Below, in pieces: positions 1-13,419 of a DNA stretch of 64,000 nucleotides (positions are counted from its first letter, which is position 1; every line of letters starts with the position of its first letter). Source of the DNA: Octopus vulgaris. Its lineage: Eukaryota. The stretch lies in the NCBI GenBank assembly GCA_951406725.2, contig OX597825.1, positions 50,654,001 through 50,718,000 on the forward strand, written 5' to 3'. A program made the translations under genes and the position numbers. The notes beneath the pieces were generated by a model that saw only the letters and a list, made by a program, of their open reading frames with translations, was not told where the DNA came from and did no database searches.

Positions 1-376
1 TTTTCTTTAGCATAAACAGATCTCACATTTTAAGAGTTGCTTTATAAAGATAGATTAACATCTTAAAATATTAATGTTGCCAAAATATAAACTAACAGAA
101 ATCCTTATCTCTTTTGTCTGTAAGCGTTTTCCATCAATGGACGCGTGGTCAACTTATTGCTCTAGCGGGATACCAAATTATCTGTCAGTTTGCTCATGAG
201 ATTAATTTTAATTTTAAGTGCCCTTGGTTGCCCTCACAGTCATTAATAGATGCTATCAAGCAGGAAGAATTTATTCGCCTGCACTCTTATACACATATGT
301 TCATAGAGATGTTTCTATCTATCTATCTATCTATCCAACCATCCATCCATTCCTCCATCCATCTATCTATCACCAT

Positions 377-453
<77 letters not shown>

Positions 454-546
454 AACAAACACACACCAAATGGTGTGTTTTTATTATTGCATATTTAAAC
501 GTAGCACAACCATAAGACGAAAAGTACAGTTACTTGTCTGTCAATG

Positions 547-594
<48 letters not shown>

Positions 595-607
595 ATATGT
601 ATATATA

Positions 608-682
<75 letters not shown>

Positions 683-1177
683 TATATATATATAAATGGA
701 ACAAAACGCAATTATAACGTTCAGACAGATAGACGATACAAAGCCGGACAAGAGAAACAGCAATTAGAAGGACAGGCAAAAGAAAAAAAAACGGGTCATT
801 CTTGACTTTCTTTCGTCAGTCAAGTCCCAGAAGTCACGACCATTCCGGGTCGTGACACTTGAGATGGTTCGATCTGGTTACCCCCAAAAAGTCTAAGCTA
901 AGAGCATTAGACCCCTTGTAAGAAAGCTAGTGAATGTGTACGGCAACAAAGACAAACAAAAAACGGAGAACAGGGTACACAATTACGAATACAAACAACA
1001 AGAAATAACAACAGTTGTCTTTCGAGTGAGAACGAATCAAATTGAGCTGATGTGTATGAAGTGAAAGCCTAAAGACAGGAACATATATACATTAAATGTG
1101 ACACATACATGGCTGTTATAATTTAACACAGTTGCAATATCCTGCTCAGGATTTGTAGCAATTCATATATATTTTAT

Positions 1178-1588
1178 GTTTTACTTGTCACAGTCATTAC
1201 ACAGCGGACATGCTGGGGCACCACCTTATAGAATTTTCAGTCGAATGTATCGACCCACAGCATTTATTTTTTAAGCCTGATAATTATTGTATCAATTTCT
1301 TTGGCCGAACCCCTACGTTACGGAGACGTAAACACACCAGCGCCTATTGTCAAGCGGTGGTGGAGGACAAACACACTCACGTACGCGCGCGCGCATACAC
1401 ACACACAGATATACATACCTATATATGACAAGCTTCTTTCAGTTTCCGTCAACTAAAACCACTCACAAGGTTTTGCTTGACTCGAGGCTATAGTAGAAGA
1501 CACTTGTCCAAAGTGCAACGCAGTGGAACTGACCCTTGAACCATGTGGTTAGGAAGCTAGCTTCTTACCACACAGCCACGCCTGTATG
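1178..1588 (-). mobile_element. tRNA-derived SINE (same family as 42930-43350)
   Basis: Reverse complement matches the 42930 copy: GTGGCTGTGTGGTAAG head, CTTCTACTATAGCC, CGCTTGACAA, GGTGC.CCAGCATG tail. Confidence 0.85.
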
Positions 1589-1610
1589 TATGTGTGTATG
1601 TGTGTTTGCG

Positions 1611-1639
<29 letters not shown>

Positions 1640-1641
<2 letters not shown>

Positions 1642-1800
1642 GAAATTTACAGAAAAACAAAAGACGAAGACAGCTGTATAAACAACAAGCAGATGTATTA
1701 GTTTAACACTCGGGAGGTGAGTAAGTCTTGTACGCTTCGAGCCTACGCTCTTCAACAGAATGGGACACGAGGAAATAAACAGAGAGAGAATTAAAAAAAA
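1640..1800 (-). mobile_element. Short PLE-pLTR-like element ending at (TA)n, with a mutated hammerhead motif (1725-1762)
   Basis: Minus strand CTGTTGA-A-GAGC(GTAG)GCTC-GAAG-CGTA. Same architecture as 61403-61573. Confidence 0.5.
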
Positions 1801-3578
1801 AAAACTTTTGGCGGTCAATCATGGTGGCTGGCTGGACAAGGGTAGTTTGAGAGGAGAGCTAGGAAGAAGGGGAGATAATACAGTATTGGTAATCCCAAAA
1901 CAACGGTGCGCATGCATATGTGAGAGTGTGTAAGTGTGTACATGTGGATAGGAGCTGGTGATTTTGACGTGTGGATGTGTGCGTGTGTAAGTGTGCGCGT
2001 CTGTAATGTGTGGGTTGTGGATGATGATGTGGGTGCTGGGAAGTGGTCAGTGCTGGTGTGTGCAGAGTAGTGTGATGTGGTTTGTTGGTGTATGATGTGG
2101 TGTGGCGTGGTAGTGTTGTGATGTGGGAATGCGAATGTGGGGTGTGGGTTTGGGGTGAGGATGTGAGGATAAACAGTTTTATAGGTATGTATATAGTATA
2201 TACAAAGTATGTTGTATGTGTACATGTGATTCAGATGTTTGTACACACACATATAACTACACATGTGTGCGTGTGCGTGTGTACGTGTGTGTGCATATAT
2301 GTGCGTGTGAATGTGCGTATGCAGGAATACACACATACACATATATACGCATACATATTTACACATAGACACACACTTATACATCCATACATACATACAT
2401 ACATACATACATACATACATACATACATACATACATACATACATGCTTAGAAATAGAGAGACAGACGGAAAGACGCACATGCGCATACACTCCTATATAT
2501 AATTTGGTGTTGATTAATGTAATCCATCTTTCATTTTTGTCTGTGCAGACTTCCGGTATTTTGACTTCATTTCCGTTAAAACCGATCACATAACCACTAG
2601 TTCTTCACAGCAACATAATTTACAATTACATTTTTAAAACTCTACATTCCAATGATTTTATTCAATTCTAAATCACAACTTCTAATTTAGCTTCATGTCT
2701 ATCTTTAGTTATAAACCCCCGTCTCCATTATAATACTTTATTACATCAACAATCGACGTCTAATTACAGTTTTTAATTTGTTATTCCAGCAGCTATAGCA
2801 TCTAATAGTGTATATGTTCGTATGTTCACTCGTTCGAGTGAACATATATACGAAAAATACTATTTCGAGCTGCTAGAAATAACAGTGAGATCTTGATATG
2901 CCTAATCCATATTTTCCTAGGATACAACTTGTAGGTGAATGTAACACTCTGTATGTTGTTGTATGTATGCATGTAATTCAGACATCTACACACACATATA
3001 GTATAACAGAAAAATTGCGATGGTTGCCGATGAAATATCTTTGAAAATAAATCTACTTATAATGATTTTCATAAATATGGTAACTGAATACAGTTCTTGA
3101 CATATAAAAAATGGATAATCGCGTTGTGATTCGCAATCAGTACTTACCTCAATCAAACGACAGAAAGAACGACAATGTGTCTTTTAGAGAGTTTGTTTAC
3201 GTTACACATCTGATAAATAAATATTATATATTATATACATAACTGGAGACCCTAATAAACGGTCGAAAATCGATTAAGATTGTTCATTTTTTAAAAAAGA
3301 AATCTATAGAGAAATAGGTAAATTTGACAGGTTCGTATATCTCCCAAGTACTACTAAGTAGGTTTATATATGTATCATACCTAGACACTGTGTGGGGTAA
3401 ATTACCTGTTGACAGGCATCTGATATTAAATGAACTGAAACACTTATTGCATGCAAATGAGAAAATCCAGTTCTCTGGGGCTATTGATATACATACATAC
3501 ATGCATGCATACATACACACATACATACATACATACATGCATACATACATACATACATATATACATACACACATGACA

Positions 3579-3612
<34 letters not shown>

Positions 3613-3626
3613 ACATATGTATATAT

Positions 3627-3991
3627 AACAAGAGTACAAATTTACAAATCAGTACCGGCAATTGCTAGAAATAAGAGTCAAATCGACTCGAAATAATTAC
3701 ACAGAGCAGTAACCTCATGAACTGACGGAAAACGGGGAAGCGAGCTAAACCACTTTTCATTATGAGATGAACTAACAAAATGAAGTAAACAAACATATCC
3801 TTATCACATGATTTGGAATTCCAAATCACGTATTTACTTCATTTTGCGAGTTCATCTCACAACAAAAGGTGCTTTAGCTCGCCCCACCGCCCGCTTTCCG
3901 TGAATTCATGTGGTTAGTGCTCTGTGTGGCTATTTCAAATAGTTTTGACAATTATTTCTAGCAATTACCGGTATTAATTTGTACCCTTGTT
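3627..3991. mobile_element. Foldback/MITE-like long imperfect palindrome
   Basis: Ends AACAAGAGTACAAATT / AATTTGTACCCTTGTT. Arms pair along their length (TACCGGCAATTGCTAGAAATAA / TTATTTCTAGCAATTACCGGTA; GCGAGCTAAA / TTTAGCTCGC). Near-central palindrome TGATTTGGAATTCCAAATCA. Confidence 0.75.
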
Positions 3992-4083
3992 CATTAACTT
4001 GCCTTTAGGATTTAACTGCTAACAGGCCACCTATATGTGGTATATTGTAATATATTAATATATTATGATATCTTATTGTGTGA

Positions 4084-4144
<61 letters not shown>

Positions 4145-4146
<2 letters not shown>

Positions 4147-5278
4147 TTACATTATTTACATTTGACGGATATTTGTCATCTTGTTTGTTGTTAGCACAAT
4201 GTTTCGGCTGATATACCCTCCAGCCTTCATCAGGTGTCATGGGGAAATTTCGAACTGCCTGGAATTTAACTCGGAATCTTGGGGTTAGTTGACCGCTCTT
4301 CTAACCACTATATCATATGCCCGTGGTCAATTAGGGAGAGAATCTTTAGGGCTTATAAATCTAATATTTTCCTATCCTTCCTTAATACCGGTTCCCATAT
4401 GCTATTCATATCTGCACTCGGTTTCCTTAGGAGGTTGTTGTGTCCTAGCGTATGTGCTGCTTCTTTTAGTTTTCGTATTTTCCAGTGGTGTTCTCTGTCT
4501 ATTATTTTAACTTCATCCCACAGGGGGAAGTAGCCTCCATTTTACCATACATGATCAGCAATATCCGATTTATCAATATCTCTTCGTGTCACAGTTTTTC
4601 GATGTTCCTCTACCCTTATTTTGAGGGAGCAGCATTTTCACCTTTGTATAACCTACCACAGCTGCATGGGATGGAGTACATGCAGTTTTTGGTCATATTC
4701 TCTTCTATTGGTGGTTTTACCCGAAGGAGATATTTGCGAAGTGTTGTATTACTCTTAAATACTGTCCTGATGTCATATGGGTCACATATCTTTTGTATCT
4801 TTTCGGAGAGGCCTTTCACATAGGGTAGACAGACTGTGGACAGTTTGTTGGTTTCATCCTCTCTTTTCTTCATAATTGGATTAGATAGTATGTTTTTGGT
4901 GTAGTTGTTTAATAGATTGTTACTGAGCTTGATCATTTCTTCGTGGTGTGTATCACGATTGCTACTTGTATTCTTTGCTCGATATTTTAGGCACTGAGCA
5001 ATCCTTCTCTTTGCACTGTATGGATCGTCCAGTGAAAGTCGGTTTGCAGTATACGGATGTCCTGAATCCATATTGGTGCATGTTATTAATACGACCAGGA
5101 ATGCTAGCTGATTGTCTTTTTCCTTTTCCATTGCGAACTGTATGGATGGCTTTATTGAGTTCACATGATCTAACAGCACTTGGACATCTTCCTGGTGGGG
5201 CCAGAGTATAAAAAGATGACAAATATCCGTCAAATGTAAATAATGTAAATAATTCCCCATCTCTTAAATATAGAACTG
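4145..5278 (-). mobile_element. 5'-truncated Penelope-like element (RT thumb plus GIY-YIG endonuclease) with an inverted terminal segment, inserted in (AAT)n
   Basis: Minus-strand ORF 4616-5260 contains LLDHVNSIKPSIQFAMEKEKDNQLAFL, LPYVKGLSEKIQKIC and NCMYSIPCSCGRLYKGE (GIY-YIG-like). Perfect 38-bp inverted repeat at 4145-4182 / 5213-5250. (AAT)n on both flanks. Confidence 0.88.
4193..4238 (-). ncRNA. Degenerate minimal type I hammerhead ribozyme in the PLE 3' repeat
   Basis: Minus strand reads GACAC-CTGATGA-A-GGCTG(gagggtatat)CAGCC-GAAA-C-A-T-T-GTGCT. Core and stem II are intact; stem III and stem I carry mismatches. Confidence 0.65.
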
Positions 5279-5285
5279 AATAATG

Positions 5286-5337
<52 letters not shown>

Positions 5338-6146
5338 GAATAATAAGAAGAAGAAGAAGAAGAAGAAGGCGGCTGGACGTGACAGAGGATGGACGTATTT
5401 TTACGATGCTCTGAACTGGCAACAGCGAACCCAGCAGGTCAACTGTAGAAAACTGGAAGATCTACTGTTTACTGTAAGTAATTTGAATTACCCTCAAAAT
5501 AAGTAAAAAAAAACTTACATATCTACAGCTCATACAAACGTACACCTAACAAGAAAAATTAGAAACATAAATATCTCCAATTCTGTGTGAACATTTACAT
5601 TTAGTCGTCTCTCATGACTATAAGAATGTGTAAAATTGCCTTTTAAATTACCTTTTATTGTAACAACACAATTAAATGCACGATAAAAAGTTATGGAATT
5701 AAGCACCTACTACTATATACATACAACTGAATTCAGAAATTTAAAAATATATACATAACATTGAACTCAGAAAGTTATTTAAAAAAAGAAAAAAAAATCT
5801 TCGACGAAAACATCAGATAATATGTGTGAGTGAATATACATATATATACATATACATATGCATGTGGTGAAGAAGAAAAGAGAAAGGAAAAAAAAAAAAA
5901 TAAATAAATAAACGTAAACAGGTTTGACCTTTTACTGACCATTAACGTCCTTTGTCTCCACCATCTACCGTAGCTATTTATAGACCCAAAGAACATGAAT
6001 TCTTTAACCACCCATTCTCCAACACAATGGAGTGTTGATGGTGGCTGTGGCTACACATAAAACAATGTCATTGAAGATGATGATGGTGATGGTGATGTTG
6101 CTGATGATGGTGATGGTGGTGAAGATGATAGTAATAACAATAATAA

Positions 6147-9100
6147 CTGACAGATCCCGTCTTTTTCCCTTTCTTTTCGTTTCCTTCTCCGTATTTTATT
6201 CTCATTATTTCGAACTAATACAGACACAGTAAGCCTTGAAGAAAGGAAGAGGAGGAAAGGAAAAAAAAAAAAAAAAAATGTCCGGAGATAAAACTATCAA
6301 CAAAAAAAATACAGACGAATATAGATCTGCTAGTCTTAAGAAGCGGCGCTATGAGCAATGCTTACATGTAGTGAACCCTAAACTGACAGATCCATCTCCT
6401 AATATAAGAATGGATGCTCGTCATGCTTCAAGGTCAACAAATCAAACAATAAACCGCATTGGTCATTGCGCGGATTACAAAAGACCACGTACCCGAAAAT
6501 TGAACCAAATCCTGATTGAAAAATCAGTTACTGGATCAAATCTTCCCAACACACAGGAGCTGGACGAACCCCACAACCGGAATATTCCAACAGATGGCCA
6601 TCCATGCTCATCACCAAATAATCAAAAGAAAAAGAAGGAAAAATGGTCTAGGGAAGATAATAAAGAAGTTCTTGAGGCCTTCTACCATGCCATATATTTC
6701 CCCACAGATAAGTCTAGCACTGTACAAGCATACTTAAACTGGAGACAGAAACACCCTGAAGTAAGACCCTACATAGACAGTAACAAGCTTGCCAATGTTA
6801 GAAGAAACATTATAAAAAAGAAATTACTGACTGAAGTAGAGATTGATCAGGTTAGACAAGCAATATCGGATAAAATGAACGAAGCTGCAGCTAGAGAAGA
6901 TAATACAGAGGAAATGATTATAGACCAGCCCAGGGCGGATAAAAACGAAGAGAGGATTGAAAGAGTTAGTATAAGTGATAGGCAAAGTGAAATACGCCCT
7001 GAACCAATCATAAACACTAAGACAGATGAGCATCAAATAGATAAAGAAAGTCATACAAATATTGACCCAACAGAACTACATGAGCTAAAAAATCAAATCA
7101 TGATTGAATGGCTGAAAATTAAAGAAACCAGCATGGATGAGCGTGATACACTTCCTAAAATCCGCAACTCTAACCAAAACATGAAAATAATTGGTAAAAT
7201 CCGGCTTGCACTTAAGGATATAATTTCAGTTAATGATGTTGATATCACAAACCTCAACCACCTATACTATGCATCCGCGAAAATCTCAACGATCCTATGT
7301 GGTGTAAAGATTAGAAAACGGCAACAGTCCCACAAAAAGCCTTCTTGGCAAGAGCGTCTGCAACAACAAATTAAAATATTTAGATCTGACATTGAATATT
7401 TGAAAAACCTTAAGGCTCACAAGATTACCAAACCTACAAAAACCCAAAAATTACTGAAAAAATACAATATGAAAACTATACTTGATATTGATGCCACCAT
7501 AGAAACCATCAAACAAAAGGTATCTGCCAAAGCTGCCCGCATAGCGAGGTATGAAAAGCGTGTTAGATTTTTCAAGGACAACAACATGTTCAAAAATAAC
7601 ACCAAGAATTTTTACAGGAAGATAGGAAAAACAGCGTTTACTGCAGGGTCTGTACCATCAAAAGAAGAAGTGCAGAGATTTTGGAATAAAATCTGGGCAG
7701 AAGAAAAAACACACAACGAAAAGGCCCCCTGGATTGACAGAATATCTACAGAACTGGACCCCTTAGAAGAGCAAAAGTGGGAGGGTGTCAAGGTAGAAGA
7801 TATAAGATCTGCTCTCAGGAGGTCAAGCAAATGGAAGTCTCCAGGAAAGGATAAAATTCCTAACTTCTGGCTGAATGCCTTCCCAGAGAGCCATGAACTG
7901 CTAACAGAACTGTACAATGATGTTTTGCAACACCCTAGTAGGATGCCTCCTTGGCTAGTTAATGGGTTAACATTCCTGCTTCCAAAAAGTGAAGAAACAA
8001 ATGAACCAAAAAACTATAGACCCATAACCTGCTTAACAACTATGTACAAAACACTAACATCTGTCCTGACGGAATATACCTATAGTTTTTTAACAGACAG
8101 CAGCATATTCCCTAATGAACAGAAAGGATGTAAACGTGGATCCTACGGCTGTAAAGACCAACTACTCATCAATAAGATGATCTTAGAAGATTGTCACAAA
8201 CGACACAAAAACTTATCAATAGCCTGGATAGACTATAAAAAGGCTTTTGATAGCCTACCACATAGCTGGATTAGGAAATGCCTTGAAATGTATAAGATAG
8301 CACCAACTCTGCGAAACTTCTTGACTGTAAGTATGAGATCATGGAGAACCACACTAACTCTGAACAGTGACAGTGAATCCCTAAATGCTGGTGATGTAAA
8401 AATTTCGTGTGGCATTTTCCAGGGTGACTCACTGTCACCACTCCTCTTTTGTTTATCCTTAATACCTCTCTCAAAGCTGCTCAATGACGCGCAGTACGGG
8501 TATAAAATGTTTGATAAAAATATAAATCATCTCGTTTACATGGATGATTTAAAGCTTTTTGCAAAAAATGATCAACAACTCAAGGGCTTACTAGCGATAG
8601 TCAAACAATTCAGTGACGACATCAGAATGCAATTCGGCCTCGATAAATGTGCAAAGGCTACCTTTATCAAAGGAAAAATGACAGAAACATCTAACGTTAA
8701 CCTTGACCAACAGAATGTCATAAAAGAACTAGACCCAGCGGAGAGCTACAAGTACCTAGGGATAATTGAAGGGAACGGAATAAGGCATTCAGAGATGAAG
8801 GAAAGGATCAGGAGAGAATGCTATCGAAGAGTGAGAGCAATACTCAAGACAGAGCTGAATGCAAGAAACAGGATCGAAGCAATCAATGCATTAGCTATAC
8901 CAGTCGTGACTTACAGTTTCAATATTGTTAACTGGTCAATTACTGAAATATGTCAGCTCGACAGAAAAATAAGGAAACTGTTGACAATGCATAGAATGCA
9001 CCACCCTAAGGCAGATACAGAACGACTCTATCTGCCAAGAAAAGAGGGAGGCCGTGGTCTTTTGCAACTGGCAATAACAATGAAGATTGCTACAATTGGC

Positions 9101-10324
9101 CTAGACACCTACCTGAAAAACTCTGAGGACTGGATGCTAAAACTTGTCTCAAAACATGAAAACAAGAAAGCATCATACTCAGTCACAAAACAGGCAAAGG
9201 AATATCTAAGTGAATTCCGAATACAACCAATTTCGGAATTAGAGATAGATATACAAGAAACAAGCACAGAAAAAGCTAGGCGCATGAAAACCCGTGCCAA
9301 AACTGCGGCCTTAGATATTCTGAATAATAAATGGCAAGAAAACCTCTCTATGGCAAATACCCAAAGAGAGCGAATAATGCAGATATCGACAAAGCCCTGA
9401 CCCATCAATGGCTAATGGCCTCTGGCTTAAAATCTGAAACAGAGGGGTTTATCATAGCAGCTCAAGATCAATGCCTACCAACAAGAAACTACCAGGCCAA
9501 CATATTAAAGATCAGAAGCAGTCCAACGTGTCGTGTATGCAAGCAACAAAATGAAACCATTGACCATGTGGTCTCCAAGTGCAGTCTTCTAGCGCCTACA
9601 GAGTATCTCAACAGGCACGATAGAGCTGCACAATATATTCACTGGGTAATCTGTAAAAACCTGGATTTGCCCCATGAAAAAAACTGGTGGGAACACAAAC
9701 CACCCCCAGTGCTTGAAAATGACCACATCTCACTCCTCTGGAACTTCACCATTCAAACTGACAGGAAGATAGATGCAAATAGGCCAGACATCATATTGAA
9801 AACCTTCAAACAAAGAACATGCCTCCTCATTGATATGACTGTCCCAATCGATATAAACGTATCTGTCAAGACCTACCAAAAACTGAGCAAATATAAAGAT
9901 CTTGAAATAGAAATCAGCAAAATGTGGAAGCTGAAGACTAAAACAATACCTGTTGTCATAGGTGCCCTGGGAATGATAGCAAAAGGGGCTGATAGCTACC
10001 TAACTCAGATACCAGGAAACCCAAAAATGGCAGAAGTTCAAAAGATAGTGCTCATGGGAACTGCTCATATCCTACGCAAAATACTCTCTATGTAATCTCA
10101 AGGTTTAAAACAAACATAATTTTCGGTTTAAAAAAAAAAAAAAAAAAAAACCTTTTTTTTTTTTTTTTTTTTTTTAGACATTCATTAGTACAACATCCCC
10201 ACCCCCCAAATATATGGCACACTAGGCATAACAACAACATGAACTTCCAACCCTGTTGTCTCTTGAGGTCTCTGGGTGAGACTTGGAGCCAACTTGTACA
10301 AATATAAAGCAAAAGTCAAACATA

Positions 10325-10326
<2 letters not shown>
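6147..10326 (+). mobile_element. R4/Dong-clade non-LTR retrotransposon (family A), near full length
   Basis: Long RT-RLE coding region (6278-10095) followed by a ~230 bp 3' UTR ending ...AGTCAAACATAGAAT directly into (AAT)n. The 5' boundary is placed after a short TAA-like run at ~6132-6146 and is uncertain. Confidence 0.93.
6278..10095 (+). pseudogene. Reverse transcriptase plus CCHC zinc knuckle plus restriction-like endonuclease polyprotein, one frameshift at ~9339-9342
   Basis: ORF 6236-9400 (first in-frame ATG 6278) has KWSREDN, KSPGKDKIPNFWL, NYRPITCL, EQKGCKRGSYGCKDQL, WIDYKKAFDS, GIFQGDSLSPLLF, YMDDLKLF, FGLDKC, YKYLG, LYLPRKEGGRGL. ORF 9331-10095 continues with ETEGFIIAAQDQ, CRVC-x7-DHVVSKC, RHD, RPDII, IDMTVP, PVVIGALG. 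Confidence 0.93.
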
Positions 10327-10360
<34 letters not shown>

Positions 10361-10362
<2 letters not shown>

Positions 10363-10427
10363 GGTATACTGGGCTCCATATATTTTACCCCAGTGTCACT
10401 TTGATGGCATGCACTGCTCTCTCACTG
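10361..10427 (+). mobile_element. 67-bp 3'-end fragment of the non-coding (TAA)n-associated element (longest copy 48247-48788)
   Basis: Near-identical to the reverse complement of 48247-48313; flanked by (AAT)n on both sides. Confidence 0.85.
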
Positions 10428-10443
10428 AATAATAATAATAATG

Positions 10444-10523
<80 letters not shown>

Positions 10524-10691
10524 TATAAAAAGTAACTTCCCTTTCATTCAACGGGTTTTCAAAGCGTCTGTTGCCAGTAATAGCCGACGAGAATGGATCG
10601 TAGCTCTTAGCTCCGACATTCGAAACTCCAAGTACTATAATGACAACTTACTGATTGTCTTAAACTATGCATACATAATACATACATACAT

Positions 10692-10788
<97 letters not shown>

Positions 10789-10797
10789 ATATATAAA

Positions 10798-10849
<52 letters not shown>

Positions 10850-13419
10850 CATTATATTTTGTCTAGTGACATAGACACTACTAATGAGAACTCATATCGA
10901 TTAAGGCTGTTAATTTTTTTCATTTTATAGAGAAATTGGTAAATTTGATTTATTTGTATGTCTACTACGTAGGTTTATATATATATGTATCACACACACA
11001 CGAGCCCATATATACATAGTCTCTGTCTGTCTGTCTCTCTTGCACTCACATATATATATATGACGGATTCTCTTGTTGAAGACGAAGTACGAGCGTTCAA
11101 CTTTTACCGAACAACCTGCACAAATTATTTGTTTTTTCGTATTAGTATTAGCTCACTCTCTCCATCAAACTAATGTCTAAACAAGTCCACTGTGTACTAT
11201 GCGTCAGGAGTCGAAGTGATCGCAGAGCAACGTGAGATGAAGTGTTTTGCTCAAGAACACAACGCACCACCAAGTCTAAGAATTGAAATGTAGTGAGACG
11301 GAGAGAGTGTGAGTGAGAGAGAAAGAGAGAAAGAGCGAGAGAGAGAGAGAGAGAGGAGCGAGAGTGAGAGTGAGAAAAAGTGAGACAGATATAGGTCAGT
11401 TCAGGTGTGTCGTTGCAGCGACCATTTGTCGTCGTTGGAGCGACCATTTGTCGATATCTGTTCGGATCTAAATACATATTTGTATTTGTAATTTTAAGTG
11501 AAATTCACATTTTCTGTGTTTATCAATTCAATAACCGAGTTAAATTATAACTTTGAAGCTCTTTTACTTATAAGCATTTATATCTTTAACACCCTACCAC
11601 TTTAACCGGTTGCGTGGAAATCAGTTGAAGTCTCCGTGATCTCACTTAAGTGGTTCAATTAATTCTAGTAAACATTTATGATATTTCATCTGCCTAGCTA
11701 AAGACGCTAAACCTTATATGAAACCCCAGGAGTCATATGGGCCCCGGGTGAGAACCTCTGTTTTAAAGCAAGCGTTGGAATGTAGAGTGTAGTCTTAAGA
11801 GTTGATATGAGTAAGGAAAGAGGTAGAGAAAGAAATAGTGAGCAGATAAGGAGGGCGGTGGCACAGAGGAATGGTAAAAGGAAGAGTGGAGTAGAGAGTG
11901 GGAGAAGCACGGGGAAGGGTAATGAGAAAGAAGGGGATGGAGGAGTCGAGAGAGAGAGAGGAGCAGAGTGGAAAAGGGAAAGGGGAAGAGGGAGAGAGAA
12001 AGGAGAAAAGGGAAAGAAAAAGGAAAGAGAGAGAGAGAGTGAGTGTATGTAACTGGACGAGTAACAGAAACAGTTACTAGATACATGGATATTGAGCGCC
12101 AAAAATATAGCTATCTTAAGGTCGTAAGGCTTTAGATGTTCAGGAAAATGTGAAGTTGTGTCTGCGAGTCTGTGAAATCTTCACAAAGAATGTGTTAATT
12201 GCAATTTGAAGCTGTAGAAATTCGCAATTGATATTTGAAAAGTTCTTAACGGAAGATAATGCCATTTTCAAATTATCTCTTGCAACCTGCTGATTGGTTT
12301 CGATTTATGGTCATGCCATCAAGAGAAAGACGCTAACTTTGGAATTATGCCAGAGGCCAAATTCGAAGAAATCTTCTAATGTGACTAAAGCACCAAATGT
12401 AGGCTTCTGGTAAATAATATACAAAAACTAAAAAGAAAATGAGAAAACAAAGGTGTTGCATATGTGTGTGTGTGTGTATGTATGTGTATACACACACACA
12501 CACACACACAAACATACACACACACACATATACATACACATAAGGCATAGGTACATATATGCATGTATACATAGATACATACGTACATATACATACACAC
12601 ATACAAAGATACATATATATATAAATATATATATATATGTATACACACACACACACATATATATATATACTTATATATATACAAATGTTAGATATGTGTC
12701 TCTATGTGTATAGGAGTACTTATGCATGGATACACAGAAATGCACCATATATACATGCATATGGTTTAGTCGAGAACAAGAAAACAAAAAGAATCCCAAT
12801 GAAATCAATAATGAAATCAAAGAGACCCAGACATAAGAATGGTGCCAAAGAGAGAACAGACATTAGTTTTTAAATGAGAAACTAAGAATTTAATTCGAAT
12901 TTTCATAACACCATTTGTGATGTTCTTTTTTGAAAATGTATTTGTTCTCAACATTTTATTTGCAGGAAAATTCACACGCTGCATACGCGCGCGTGCGTTC
13001 ATACGAACACATGCACGTACGCAAACGTTGCACACAAACGTGCATACATACGCACACACACACACAGATATATATATATATATATACGCACACACACACC
13101 TTCACGCATATTTACATATATATGTATCTACTTATACATATTCATATATACATACATGCATACATACATATATATATATATATATATGGATATATACATG
13201 TAGAATTGCAGCTTAGATTAGAATGAAATCCTAATATTGCCTCCAGAATTACCTAGACTTACGGATTTAAAGAATTGGATGGCGTATGAGGATGTAGAGG
13301 TATCCGTATTGCAGAAAGTAAGGTGCATGGAAAGAAAGCTGCTTCATTGTGAAGAGCATCATCTCTGTAATATTTGGGCAGACTGCACTCTTCAACGTAT
13401 GTTTAGTGAAACCGACATT

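Noticed and set aside
114-3668. Many ORFs rich in HT/YI/CV/MYVC repeats (here and throughout the window)
   Set aside because: They are translations of (CA)n, (TA)n, (CATA)n and (CTAT)n microsatellites, which lack stop codons in some frames.
5368-6146. Extended 5' UTR or HDV-like ribozyme for Dong A
   Set aside because: I could not fold an HDV-type pseudoknot here, and there is no second copy in the window to define the 5' boundary.
9331-10095. Separate second ORF, or a programmed frameshift, in Dong A
   Set aside because: The paralog at ~56180 reads through in one frame, so a 1-bp deletion explains the split.
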